A DNA stretch of 64,000 bases from Haplodiscus bocki (lineage: Eukaryota), in contig OZ296651.1 of NCBI GenBank assembly GCA_965655095.1, forward strand, positions 117,614,001-117,678,000, given 5' to 3'. A program made the translations under genes and the position numbers. Below the pieces are notes generated by a model. The model ran no database searches and was not told the DNA's origin. It saw nothing but the letters and a program-made list of their open reading frames with translations. This document shows, piece after piece, positions 23,347 to 36,601 of the stretch (the stretch's first letter is position 1; each line of letters starts with the position of its first letter).

Positions 23347-26300
23347 TCAAGACACAGTTGATGACCTGCAGCACACTACTAGTTTCAAATCATCTTCTTT
23401 GTATAGCCAATTTTTTGCGACAATTTCCCCCAAATTGATAGCTGTGGGAAGTGACACATTTTTCTTTTTTGCGTTGACGTAGTGTGTTGCCGCATTCAGC
23501 CACTCCTTCTCGAATGCTCGGATTCTCTCTGAAGCATTAATCGAATTGAAACCAGTAACATAAGCACAAACCATCCAGGGCAAACGATTTTGTACCTTGG
23601 TGAAGGAGGAACCCAGTCCTGCATTGTGCTCTCGCAAACAACGCACTAACGACATAGTGGAGCCAATGTACAGAAGGTGCTGCTGTGGTTCACTTTGGAG
23701 CAAGTAACAGAAGCCCACATTTTGAACGGGTAGTTCTCTCATTGAAGGGGGAAAAGGAGATGCTCTTGCATGATCAATTGTAGGGTCACCAGCGGAACTT
23801 TTAGTCAAAATTTCATTCGTGAGTTCAGCCCATTGCGAATTTTTGCAGACTAAATCCAAGACTGCTCGTTTGTTAGATTCCTTCGATCCAACAAAAGTCA
23901 CCTGATTCAGACTTCTTACTCGACTCATTACAACATAGATTTGTTCGGGAAGCCACAAAGCGAAGTCTTTCGATCCAACTATTTGGGTTGCGACCATCGG
24001 AAGCGTTTCACCCATTGTCTTATGAATGGTTGACGCAACAAATAATTTTAGTGGAAACTGGATTCGTCTGCAAACCGTTTTGTGGTTTAATCGGTAGGTA
24101 ACACCAGTTTCTTTGCCGATAACAACACAACGCCATTTGTTTTTGATCACAACAAGCGGTGGAATACTTCGGCAACCAGCTGGTGCTAGAGCAATTGTCA
24201 CAGAGCCATTCTCAATTGTATCCAAAGAAAGCAGAACACAGAGTTGACCCTGATACGCGGATATAGATGGCATGTTCACTGTTAGTCGTAAAATGGCTCC
24301 GGGGTACAGAAACAACGACTGGGGTTCAAGACACTTTTTGTTGAGAAATTTTGATGTACTTGGCGACGCCTCGGTCCAGTTGTCAGTGCTTGAAACGCAC
24401 ATTTCATCAATTGCCGCATTTTCATAATAATTGGGTACCGCTGTTTTTAACATCGATTATTTTGTCTTCAGTTGCTTTACGTTCTGCTTGTCGAGTGGCA
24501 AAAATTCGAATTCTATCATTCGGCACGTCTTTCCATGAATGGACAAAATTGCAACCTTTACCGATAATTTCCCAGATACGCCTCGCATTGCCGTCAGTTT
24601 TTGGAGTCGCTGACAACAAAGACAACAGTTCTTGGCCATTTTTGTTTTGCATGCGAACGAAATTTTCCAGTTTGAGAAAAGTGAACGTTGTGAGAGGAAA
24701 AGAAGAACTCATCAAACAAGATCCTGATGGTGGAGGAAGTTGGAAGAAATCTCCGGTTGCAATAACAAGTTTCCCACCGAATGGAACATAATTTGCTGTG
24801 ATAACCTGAAGCACATAATCCGTGGCAGCCCAAAGTTCGCTAGAAATCATTGACAATTCCTCCACGAAAAGAACGTGTAGATTTTGCAGAAAGCGGCACT
24901 TAATAGGAGATCGTTGTAGGTTGGACAGGGCTGTTCTCGAGAGCGATTCTGCAGAAGCGTGTTTTTCCACTGGAAATGGGATGAGGGCATTCAGATGTTT
25001 TCCAGCCAAAGCGGCAGATCTTTCAGCAGCCAAAGATGTCACTACACAGTTGAGACCTTGGCATAAAGCATATGCAAGCGATTTTAGCACAACGAAAGTT
25101 TTCCCACTTCCTGGAGGTCCAAAGACAATTTGATGCCTGATGAAACTGCAAAGTCCTTCTTTATAAATGTCGATGGAACTCAACAGTTTGTCTACTACAC
25201 TCTTCTGTTCCGTATAAGAGTTTCGACATTGATCCGGGCTTTTCTGAATGACTGGTTTCCAAGGTAAAGGGACGGTGATGGTTGCATCTAGCATCGCCTG
25301 CTCAGTAGGTAATTGTTTCTGACAAGTGTGAAGAAAAGCTACCATTTTGCATTTTTCCATACTGATTTGCACTGCTAGTGATTCTTCGTATTCTTCAATG
25401 ACACTTCTGTCCAGCACAGGCGGTAGCGCAGCAGCGAAATAAAGGCTGTTTACTAACAGAGCCTCTGAAAGAACACTGTGAGCCATTAAAAGGTATTTGT
25501 CAATTAGTTTCGAGGACCCAGGTACAAAACGCAGCTGTTTCAGCAAATAATTCCGTGTTAAATTTTGCACGGTCTTGGCTTTTATGTTACAGCTTGGAAT
25601 AATTTTAGCTGTTGTGAAAGCTTCTTTGAAAGACTGCACGTTCAGAATGTCCATCTCTGTGTCAAATTCTCCATTAGTCAAGAGCACATGTAGTAGAAAT
25701 TTAGTTGGGTTATTCGGCAAAACGTTACTGAAAACAACCACGGCATCTTCTTCGGACAACTGCTTCCAGTGAGCAACAAATTGTGATGCTTTTTTCGTCA
25801 CAAGCAACGGAACAATGTGTATTCTCATTTCGCGTTTCAGAATCCCATCCCGTCCATCGGTACCATTTGCACGACAGAAATTTACGAAAGCGTCCACTGA
25901 ACAAGGGCGTAGTTTAACCAAATACCCCAATGCATCAACCCAACAACTTCTGCGGAAGCTTCTCTTCAAGAACACTTCATGATTGCTGATGGATTTTTTT
26001 GTTTGCGGTTTACAACGAACAAACCAACTGTAGTAATTTTTTAACTTCGAGACAAACAAAAGTTCAGGTGGGCGGAGTCCAAAAACTGTTACTTTGTCTG
26101 GCGAAATAGAGCTGTTTTCAACATCTGCAAGAAGAAAACTTTGTGTTCTTGTGAACTGCCGGTGCTTTGGAAGTTGTAAAACGTGTTTCCGAACTCGGAT
26201 TCCTTCCATAAACGTGGCGCCCAACTTAATTTTATTGCTAAAGCGTTTTTCAGTGATAATTCCAGATCGATTTTCTTTGGGAACAGTTGGCACGTGAACA

Positions 26301-29300
26301 AAATCGACATTTGTGCAGACATAAGGAAGCTGTAAGGACCACCAGAGACACTCTGTTATGCTGACCACACGACCAGTTACCGATTTTTGTTTTTCATCGC
26401 CTGTCATTTTCTTTTGCGAAGCCTGTACCCCAGCTATTTTTTCATGTGCGATTGGTTCTGTTAAAACTTTGACACTATTTTCTCATTCACCAGCAACAAT
26501 TTTGGCAACTGCTCGAGATTCAATGCCGGCTGCATATTTTGCAACGTAGCGGGGGGCCATGTAGTCGTCACATATTTGAACATTGGTGCTGGATTGTGTC
26601 AAAGCAAAAAGAGCAGCGTTCGTTGGTGAATAATGTTCGTTAGAAACAGTGGGATAATGATGTTTTCCGGCCGTTAAAGGATCTTTCACTTTTGGGAATA
26701 GCGAGTTTTCATCTATGTCTGCCAGTTCCATTTCTCGCAGAAGTCCCATTGTTTCGCAGGAAAAGTTCACAGGAATTTCCTTGAAAGAAAAACAATTCGA
26801 AGGAGGATATTTAGGTACACGACAAATTGGTTTGTCCAGCCTGTCTGTCTTCTTATGGCAACGTTTACGGCCTTTCGAACAGTTATGGGTTTGATACTTT
26901 TGGTAAAGTTCACCCAGTTGGAAACGTTCGACTGCGTTCAATTCGGGGCAACTGACTTCTAAGCCACCCAAAAACGTTTGTTTTGAACAGCAAACTCGAG
27001 ATCGTACATCATCACTAAATTTATCTTCTGGTGTGCACAATATAGCATGCAAGTGTGGAAAGCCAGCTGTATCTTCTTGCCATTCGTACCTCATCCAAAT
27101 ATGAGACACAGGACCAAGTGGTTCTTCTGGTGAATTTTTCACCCATTCCATTACATATTGAGAGGCGCGGTACCAAGACCTGAGCATGGGCATGAGCTCA
27201 GCTTGAATTGCTGCTGCAAGTACTTCCTTTGGAGTGGTTTCTGCGGGATACATTTCATGCAGTGCTTCAAAGATTTTGCGAATCCCCGGGTGGGTCGATT
27301 GACTACAAGTGTATGTCACAAAGTAGGTTGGATTTTTGTCTCTAATCAAAGCCGCAAGTTCGCAGACATTTTTTCGACTTTCGGCACAATCAAACTTGAA
27401 AGTTTGAGTCGAAAGAAAAGAGCAATTATGAGGAACCGAATTAACTTCTTGCCATCCTCGATTTAGTATTATCCTAATGTCACTTTTATGAAGCTGCATG
27501 TTCAAGAGGCAATCAAACACATACTGCAAATAAGTAGGATTGCAAGATGTCAAAAGAGAGCCGTCCTTGATTCGAGTTCGAAGCATGTCATCCAAACCGG
27601 CGAAACCCAGCTGTTTGTTGTACTTGGATGAATTGTATAAAGCCTTTGGTATTGCTCCTGGAAAACTGCCGCTGCTAGCTTGACACCAAAAAATCGATGG
27701 AAAAAGAAGAGCTTCGGGTTGAATGAGCGGTAATGCAGACGTCGAAACAGCTGAAATATTTTCCAGGAAACGTTTTTCTTTCAGAGAAAGGCTGATTGGA
27801 TTCCCGTTACGTCGATAAAGAAGATTGCATTGTGAGTTTAAAAGAATATGGAGCGGTAGTTTGAAGGCATCTTCTTTTCGTTCAAGATCCACGGAAATCA
27901 GTTTTTCATCTGAGTTGGTTTTTAATGTAGCCATTATTCTCAAGTTGTCATCTTCGAATTCTTCGTCATTTGTTTCCGGATGAACAATATAACTGACGGA
28001 CGAACTGTTGCTTGATGCAATGTCAAGCGTTTCTGCTGCCGCATCTGGTTGAATTGGTTCATTTGCAGGCATGCTGTTGGGCTCAATAAAATCCCGTGAC
28101 GAAGATGATTCCGATACCAGAGAAGGGGAATTAGTTTTATTTAACTTCTCCAACGGTACTGAATCAATTAAAATACGTCTGTGTTGCTGCTGTAGACCTT
28201 CATTGAAGTGACGCTTGCAAACGCAAGAGTAGCACTGCAAATGCGGGCAGCGCAAAAACGATGCACGATTACATCTACATTGGAAACCACTGTTTCTGAA
28301 ATCTCTTGTTAAAGGAATTGTGTGATGTGCACAAATAAAAATACCCTGACCTGTCAAAGTGCTCAGAAATTTCCACTTCAAATCAATCAATTCAACATTT
28401 CTTGACTTTTGATAAATTGCAATTGTCCAATAACCCCGAATGAAAGTTTCCAGGGCATCAGTCGGAGAGCCTTCTGTTTTTGTGGCAATTTTTTTACTTT
28501 TCTCAATGAGCCAAAACCCCTGAAACCTCCCTCCATGTCTAACCAACCACCTCGGTTCTCCCTTGCTGCTTCCATCCTTCGTTCCAACTGCAATCAATTC
28601 GAATTCATTGTCGGAAATAATCAGGGTTAACGGTGGTTTCACCTTGTTCCGCAAATTTTTTGGGGAACCTGTCGTAAAAATGGCATGAGTCATGTTGTAC
28701 GAAACTTGCTCTGTTGTGGCTGAACCGATATTCTTCCGTTTGTTTAAGGGAACGTGTTGAATGGTGTCACAAATTTCTGAAAGAAACCTTGCTCCTACAA
28801 AACAACAACAGTCGGTTGTTCCCTCTGTTTTGTCATCAGTGTTAGTTTGTTCTATGACAGCTGAGACTGCTTGTTCGGATTTTCTAACAAGCCATAAAAC
28901 TTTTGCTGTATTCATTCTTGCGGTGCCAAGCAACACTTTCCTGAGTAAAGTGAACAAAGGCCTAAGTGTCACACTGTATTTTGATGAGTTCACTAAGGAT
29001 CGACAAAGTATTGGGGAAACACAAACTGCAGCCTGCACAATCCACGATACTATGCTTACTCTATTTTCCAGAGGAGGTGGAGAGCAGCCGTAATCATCAT
29101 TCCCATGGACGAGAGTGTAACAACTCAACGACTCAACATTGTTGAGATATTCTTTTTCATTCATTTCCACTATTTTCGTGAGGTCCAGGCATGTTTGTAA
29201 GTCTATTGAAGTGGCCTGTGACAAACAACTGTTGACTTTCTTTTTGTCCGGTACATAATCCAGCATTCCCGAAGCTACGTCATCAAGGATTTTACCCTGT

Positions 29301-31417
29301 CTTACCCACTCACGAATCATTGTTTTGATGTCTTCTCTGAAATGACAAGCGACGCCTTCAGCATAATACAAAATGTCACTAGTGAAATCCCAGCGCGTTT
29401 TCCGCTTCAATCGGACTGTGCTCATTCCACTGTAAGAGCCAACACTTCTTAGCAATTGGTACGTATGACTGGCGAAGTTGGCTTTTATGCTTGAGATGAA
29501 CGACAATGTGGGTGCGATGGCACTAAGACGTTCTTCATAATTCACTGTAGTTCGCACCAGCAAAGGATGTGATGGCGGATGAAAGTACTGCACACTGGAG
29601 CCTCTTGAGTGCCTGGAGCAAGCCTGAACCACGAGTCCCGCTTTTTCATCAACTCGCACTGTAGTCGCTACTAAGAACTGGCGCAGGGACACAAATGGTG
29701 TCAAAAAGTCGGACCTAATTCCTCTTAGATGCAGGAAGCTGGAGGACTGAAACGAGGTAAAGTTTCTTTCAAAAAGATTGATGAAGTGATTTGCGGGTAT
29801 CCAACCTGATTCTTCAATGAAACACCAGCACCCATATGGGCAGCGGACGTTGGGATAAGGTTCATTGTCCAGGGCAAGAGCAATGTTAGTCTGCTTCAAG
29901 GTTTTCATGAGTTCGTGGAAACGACGCAAACGAAGCGTCCCATCAACGGAACATTTCCCAGCAATCCGTTTCCGACTAAGACATCTTTGAACGCACAGGG
30001 GAAAGTAGTGCATGGATGTCATCCACTGCTGTCTCAATTCCCAAGGTAACAAAGACAAAATATCCATTTGGGTTCTAACTGGCATGTCTTGATCACTCAA
30101 TAGGCTGAAAAACACAGAGGGCCAAGCATTGTACCAATCATAACTTTCGGTTGTGCAATAGAGAAGACAGAGCTTACATAAAACAACAATGGGCTCCGTT
30201 AGCTTGTTTCCAAACACACGGTTTTTAAGATCAAATTTATTCTTCCTCTTCAACTTTAAAGGGTAAAGAACTGTTGACTGGCGCATGCATTTTGCGCAAC
30301 AGCCACATCCGCCCAAATTGGGGCACTCGCCGTTCGTGTGCATATTTCCTGAAACACTATCTGTTGGGGAAAAGTCAAAACATGGGGGTTCCAGCATTTG
30401 TGAACAATCGTTCTTTGGGAGGTTCGTTGAATTTGTTGATAATGTTTCCAAGGCCGAAAGTTTCTTCATTTTGGTAGATACAGAATTGGCGAAGAGACTT
30501 AATGCGAGCGGGTCAGGGTGCTCTTCCCAGGTGTAATCAGAACTGACTTTGCTTTTTTTCGAAGCTGGTTCAGTTTCAGTTCCTTCGCAGTTCTGCAAGG
30601 CTTGACTCCAATGATTAGTTTCGCTTGATTGAGAAGGAGGGCGATTAATTGATGCAACTTGCGATAAGCTGGAGCTTTCAGGACCAATTGAAACCAGCTC
30701 TGTTATCACCTCGAAGTGATTTGCATTCCGGTTTTGTTGAATGAAAATTCCTTTTCTATTTACGTTGGAGGAACATTCATAAATCATCCAGGATTTGAAT
30801 GGAACATGGTACAAAAAAACATCTACTTTGAAGATTTGGCAAAATGAATATATTTCTACACAGCTTCCAAAAACACCATTTTCTGCCATTCTAGATTCGC
30901 GGAGGTACTCATCGACGGAAGTACAACTCAAAACACGATGTTGGTTGGGAAAGTCATCGGAGTAAACAGATGTTTGCAGGCTATTAGGGGGGAAACTGTT
31001 TAAATTCATGTGGCTGACAATAATGTTACGTATGATTGGGCCACATTCATGTGACAGTCCCAGAGCAACTGCCAGAGAAGAAAAAAGGCAATTACCGTCC
31101 CCAAGCACTGCTGTTACCCGGACTGGCTGCATGGAGCAGATAACTGTATCGTTTCCGATAGCTGTTTTTGTAGGCTTTAAAAAGTCCATCAACCCCAAAG
31201 TGTTCAGCGAGCTGTGTATCTCCGTTCTCGCGGTAGGTGACAAAGCAACTGATGCATCGGGAATTTTGTATAAAATTCCTAAAGGCTCGTTGACCTGAAG
31301 TTCCAGCTCAATTGATTTTGCACACACATGATGTTCTCCAACAAATTGTCCACAGGAAGTACAACGACGACGCTTCAAGTTTCCTTTGTTGTTTTGTTTT
31401 GACATTGTAAAACACAA
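23347..31417 (-). pseudogene. OTU-Rep-helicase-GIY-YIG polyprotein, unit B1, with two lesions
   Basis: TGA at 26483 (ACA in B2) and a 1-bp insertion near 24428 split it into ORFs of 1644, 661 and 368 aa. Confidence 0.9.
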
Positions 31418-31666
31418 CAGACATTAATTCAGTGGGATCATGACTATATGAAAAAACAAGATGTTACAATACAAACACACGTTGAAGAATTAGCAGGGAA
31501 ATTCGTATAATAGGTAAATACATCAAATTGTCGTTTGAGCGAAGTCTTTTACGGTTCAATTACAAACCGTTGCCTGCCTAATTAAATTTCAGGTTCGATG
31601 CCGCGAAAAAGATAAGGCAGTACTGTAAAAAATCATAATTCAATTCCAACCATTCATAAACCAGAC

Positions 31667-31704
31667 GCCTTGGTTTTGCGAACGCACAGGAGCAAAACCA
31701 AGGC
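31667..31704. promoter_or_regulatory. Perfect 13-bp inverted repeat upstream of polyprotein
   Basis: GCCTTGGTTTTGC-GAACGCACAGGA-GCAAAACCAAGGC. Confidence 0.75.
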
Positions 31705-31899
31705 TTCCTCAGCAGTTGTATTGACTTCAATCGAACACAACGTAATTTTTCAGTTTCACAAAACACTTAGGAACTTGAAAACTTTTTGCAAAAAATGGCA
31801 CCAAGTAACTGAAGTTGGGTAAATTAAGACCCAACAAAGTTTTCAGAGGTTCGTAGTCTTTTTCACTGGTGTAAACCAGGCATCAATTCAATTCAGTTT

Positions 31900-34860
31900 T
31901 TGCAGGTAAAAAAATTTTATATTCAAGGGCCCAAAAAAATCAGTACCTTTGTTTCATCTCTGAAGTAAGTAGCTTGTTTTAACAGATGTAAAGTTGAAAA
32001 GATCAGTCTAGGTTTCGAAGAAAATGTCGTATAGAAGACGAAAAGAGACCAGATTTAAGATACGAAAAAGCTCAAGAATTTGACAGTCTAAAAAAAGCAT
32101 CCAATAACAATTTCATAAAAATAAGGGGGTACAGAGAATTGTTGGTACAAATTTTGTTTCAGTTGGGAGGAACAATGGGAAGCTCTACATTTCCATCATT
32201 CTCCGTCGAATTCACCTTTTCTCTCCGACAAATTCTCAAAATCATATATTCACGGCCTATTTCATTGAAGTACACAACGTAAACCACTACTGACAGTCTT
32301 TAGGCGTCATAAAAATGAATTTAGTATTTTTTTTAAATTACTTCAACGTTGGAAAGCTTCTTGAAATCAAGAGCTTAGTAACAAATTCCGCAAACTCTAT
32401 TCGTTGTTTTATTTCATGTCCTTTCGTCAACGGTGACAGATGAACAGGCACGTTGATGGAACAGAGGGGAAAATTTCAAGGCTCCAGATACGAAATCTCT
32501 TGATGAAAACATAAAAAGAATGGATCAAGGATGTTCAAAAAGTGCCATAGTTGTGTGCAATTCCAACTGCCTAGCATCATTCAGACACAGTTAATCGTTG
32601 TGATATAGTTTGCATCTTGAACTTGAAAAATTGAATCAGTTAAAGTCATTGATCAATATGGCTATCCCGCCTTGGCTTCTTATTGTCTTGATTCCGTCTA
32701 CTGACAATTAGATGAACATCCACTTCCCGATGATCTTTTACAAGTAAAGCATATTTGAAATTTTGAATTTCTGGCAGTGGAGCCATTTCATAAAATCTTC
32801 ACTGCAGGAAAGAAAGAGCCTCAAAGTGGACCTTAAGATTCGAAAGCATTGACTTTTAAACAACCAGGCTAGTCCAAGTGAGAAAATTGGCAGTTAACGG
32901 AAATATTATTCCGCAGAAAAAGGCTGCCAAAGCCAGCCATTGCGTGTGAGAAAAAGTTACGCATATAAAAGATATTTATGAAGTTAAAGATGAAATACGT
33001 TTTTATTTTTAATCAATCACTTTACAAACATTAACGATGTTTTATATATGTCTGCGGAGAAACATATGCTAATGTGAACAGTTGTAAGAGAACTAGCATA
33101 AGGTTGCAGAAGTGAATTGCCTTCCGTCCACCAAAATTCCAAATGACTCTGGGGGATCAGAGTATCAGGATGGGAATTAGCAAAATTAGAAAAACATTGT
33201 GAATAAAATAATAAGCTCTACAATAAAAAACAATAATTTGCTTCTGGAAATTCTATAATTTAAAATCAGGAAGAAAAAGTCAAAGAAGGGAAGGACGAAT
33301 CTGAAATTCGGTAAAATGTTGAACAAGTGATGGAATTAAATAGCTGAGGAAATGCCCCGTTCGTTACTCAATCTGGACTAACGAAACTTATTAGTTTCGC
33401 GAAAATATCGGAAATTTCGAATTGTCAGTACAGTCTTCAAAAAAGGAAATTATTTTTAGGAAGACATTATTGCGGAAAAAAAAGGTTGGGTGCTTTTCTT
33501 AAAAATGTTGACCGTAAAAGCAGGACAGTCATGTCAATGGGAAGCCATGAATAAAAAACGTAATTATTTAGGGAAAATTGGCTCGGACAACGTTGTAAAC
33601 AAATGAAGAAAGCGAATTAACGCGAAAACATGAAGCCACGAGGAAGCGTGCAGTAGCCATCTTTACTTTTCTACTTATGTGCTGATTGAAAAACATTATT
33701 GGTTAGTGAAACTTCATGCCAACACAAGGGGAAACCGGACCTTTCCCGTCAAGAAACGCTTGATTCAAACAAAAAGAAGCAGCTACAGCGCAGGAAGCCT
33801 TAATTGAAGAAATGATTGTGATGAATCGTGTTATCCATTAAAATACAAAACAACAAAAAAATAAATTACCTACCAGATGCGTAGTGCAACGTTTCCAATA
33901 AAAAACTCCACCTGAGCCCGGAAAAAAAATAGCATTTGGTGTCGATCAAAAACAAGTCATCATTCCGTTGCCTCTTTTTGTTTGAACATTAAAATTTCAT
34001 TCAACAAAACTATTCAGAAATTCATTTTCGAAAGCGGCGGAATGGGTGGTTGATATTAATCAGACACATTTTTCAAAAAACCAATGTAAGTTATAACAAT
34101 CAATGAAAACCTTGAAAATGAATCTCATAGGTATGAGAAACTGGAGAAACTTGCTCGTGATTTTCGAGGTTCAAACAACGCTTAAGGTTCGTGGAGACCA
34201 CCCGCTTCCAATATCCTGATTTTTGTTCACTAAATGTTAGTATCCCATTGCAAAGCTGCATTGTCAAGTTCATCCCTGCAGAAAACATTAGAAACAACAA
34301 AACAATTATTGTTTTTTCCACGAAGGCAGAATCCAAACATAATTTTGGAGTGCGTAATTGAACACCAGTCAAGTTTTTTCTTTGTTTAAAGAAACAACAA
34401 CAGCAATGAGACAAAAAAAATTTCTGGGAACAGCTCCAAAAGAAACAGCAAAAGTATGGATAAAAACTTAGAGTTAAAACAAAACTTTACTCACCTTTCA
34501 TATTTTAAGTACAGATAAATTTTACTAATGAATTGGACAAAAACCCAGAATTTTGGTAGCTGAAGAAAAGATTAAAAAGTAACTGTTAAACTTAAATTTT
34601 AACAAAAACATATTTTGTTCCAAGATAACAACTGTTCATTGCTCAGCATACTTCCGGCCCCTTCGTATTCACCGCCTAACTGCACCTTTCCCAAACTGCA
34701 TCGGCAAATCCAGTGCGTCTACAGGAAAACAAAGTTACCTCTCATGCAGGAGACAGAGAAGTTAGAACAACAATCTGAAATAAGGATTGACGACGATAAT
34801 TCTGTCAATATTTGCCACCCAAAAGGCATTTTTCGTCTTCGTCACAAAAATTGACAACAT
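31900..34860 (+). pseudogene. Spacer with several decayed plus-strand gene relics, possibly Polinton/virus-like
   Basis: Broken protein-like frames (ITSTLESFLK, FKAPDTKSLDENIK, WIKDVQKVP/VVCNSNCLA, ALASYCLDSVY, VVRELA..AFRPPK) and QDNNCSLLSIL..KLP..EKLEQQSEIRID (34621-34790), resembling the DNxCFxWSIL..FP..KFExxNxIxIN N-terminus of pPolB proteins. Confidence 0.35.
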
Positions 34861-34980
34861 ACTGCTTCACGGCTTCACGTTGACTGACGCACAATGACAG
34901 GACTACGCCCGTTTGTCGCAGAAAATAAATCTGAACACGAAAGAAACACCGATTCAAACCTCACGCCTTCTGGTAATTTT

Positions 34981-35062
34981 CACCGTCGCCTCCACTGGGT
35001 GGTCAGGGGATTGCGCCCCACATTAGTCCTTGCGAGGCGGGGGAGGGGCCCCTTTGCCTCGC
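34981..35062. repeat. Unit junction motif J3 (B1/B2) with GC-rich hairpin
   Basis: CACCGTCGCCTCCACTGGGTGGTCA - 26 nt - GCGAGGC...GCCTCGC (35032-35062). Confidence 0.9.
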
Positions 35063-36601
35063 GTTAAAATATAAGAAAAAACAAATATGCACAAACGGTA
35101 TAAGGAATTAGCGATCCTAGCTCCCACCCATACGATTTGGATCAAACTTTACATGCGGGCATAACTTTCAATTCTAAGAACAATGGTGCAAGTTAGATCA
35201 TTCTAGCAAAAATGGTTGAGGAATTATGACGGGATGATTCTGTTTTTTGGCCTCATTTTGCAGTTTTTTACCGACAGCCCTGCAAGGAACCACATGCATT
35301 TGGCCGAAACTTTTCGTGTGAAGCAGAATAACTAAGGGCTACACACATGCAAAAAATTTTCTACCAACTCGTCATAGGTGTTGAGATATGACGGATCAAA
35401 GTTGGAAAAAAATGCCGAAAATCGACCATTTCGTCATAGGTCCCACATTGAAGTGCATAGTTTGCCCTCTGGAGTGGCTCCAGTATGAAATCGACTCCAT
35501 AACTTCAAAGGCAATTTTCCGAAGATGAAAAAGTTTCGGCCACTTTGCCGAAAAAAATGACGGTTATGACGAATTTTTTGGAAAAAAAACAAAAATCAGA
35601 AAAAAATCAATTTTTGCTGTAGAATTTGAATATAACACTTAAACAGGCGTATGGTGAAACGTCGGCAGGAATTTTTGCCCGCAATTCTCGGAGAGCAACT
35701 GTTCCTTTAACAAACAACTTCAAGTTTGATGAGTTTCTGGGAAGGAAAACTAAAATTTTTGTCCGAACGAATACTTTCAAAATTTGACCAGCGAAAGTGT
35801 TTTAACTTTCTCAAAAAGTTTCGCATCAATGTTGTCAATTTGTAGGCAGTAGGTTCCCAGCTGTTACTTTGTGAAAACAACCCGAATGAACCAAATGAAC
35901 CTGTATAGACTTCAGAAAAAAATTTCCCTAAAATTTCGTATGAAAGTTTGATCCCATTCTTCTGTTAGCGAAAATTACAACACTGTATCAAACGTCAAGC
36001 AACGAACTGAGAGCGTGCACTTCGACCGATAGAAGAGCAAGCCAGCGTTTCAAAGTTCAAAACGTTCGGTCATGAACGGATAGTAATGTTTAACATAACA
36101 AGAAAGAAGTTAATTGCATAACATAAAAAGTTCACAACTTCTACACGAACCAATAAACCACACTCAAAAGCCACACGAATTAGCACAATGTTCTAAGCTA
36201 CTGAAAAACGTAGGTTTACAGAGACAAGTCGTCGGCAGTTGCAAACTAATTTCCATTGTTCAACAACAACTAATTTGTAATTTGACATTAGTGTTTACAG
36301 TTCCACAAAAACCAACAATTAACCTTTGGGTACTGATAAGTACTGGAAAGTTAAACTTTATCATTAACAAGAAAATTGAAGCATAGGTTTCAAGATTGAA
36401 AAGGAGGAGAACAAATTGTGGTATGAAAGAACGAGGACAACTTTATCAGTTGACTTTTTTTCCGAAACTTGTTAATTTGTGCATGTTTTTTTCAGCAACC
36501 ACCTTGCGGTCGATTGCGAAAGGAGAGATTGGTTTTGAAAACCAGCAAGCAGTTCATGCGGTGGAGAAAGAACGGTCATCTGAGGAGTAAGTCTAGATCA
36601 G

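Larger units (their letters stand above)
17968..35006 (-). mobile_element. Helitron/Helentron-like element, unit B1 (17,039 bp)
   Basis: Bounded by J2 and J3; all ORFs recur 17,039-17,040 bp downstream. Confidence 0.9.
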
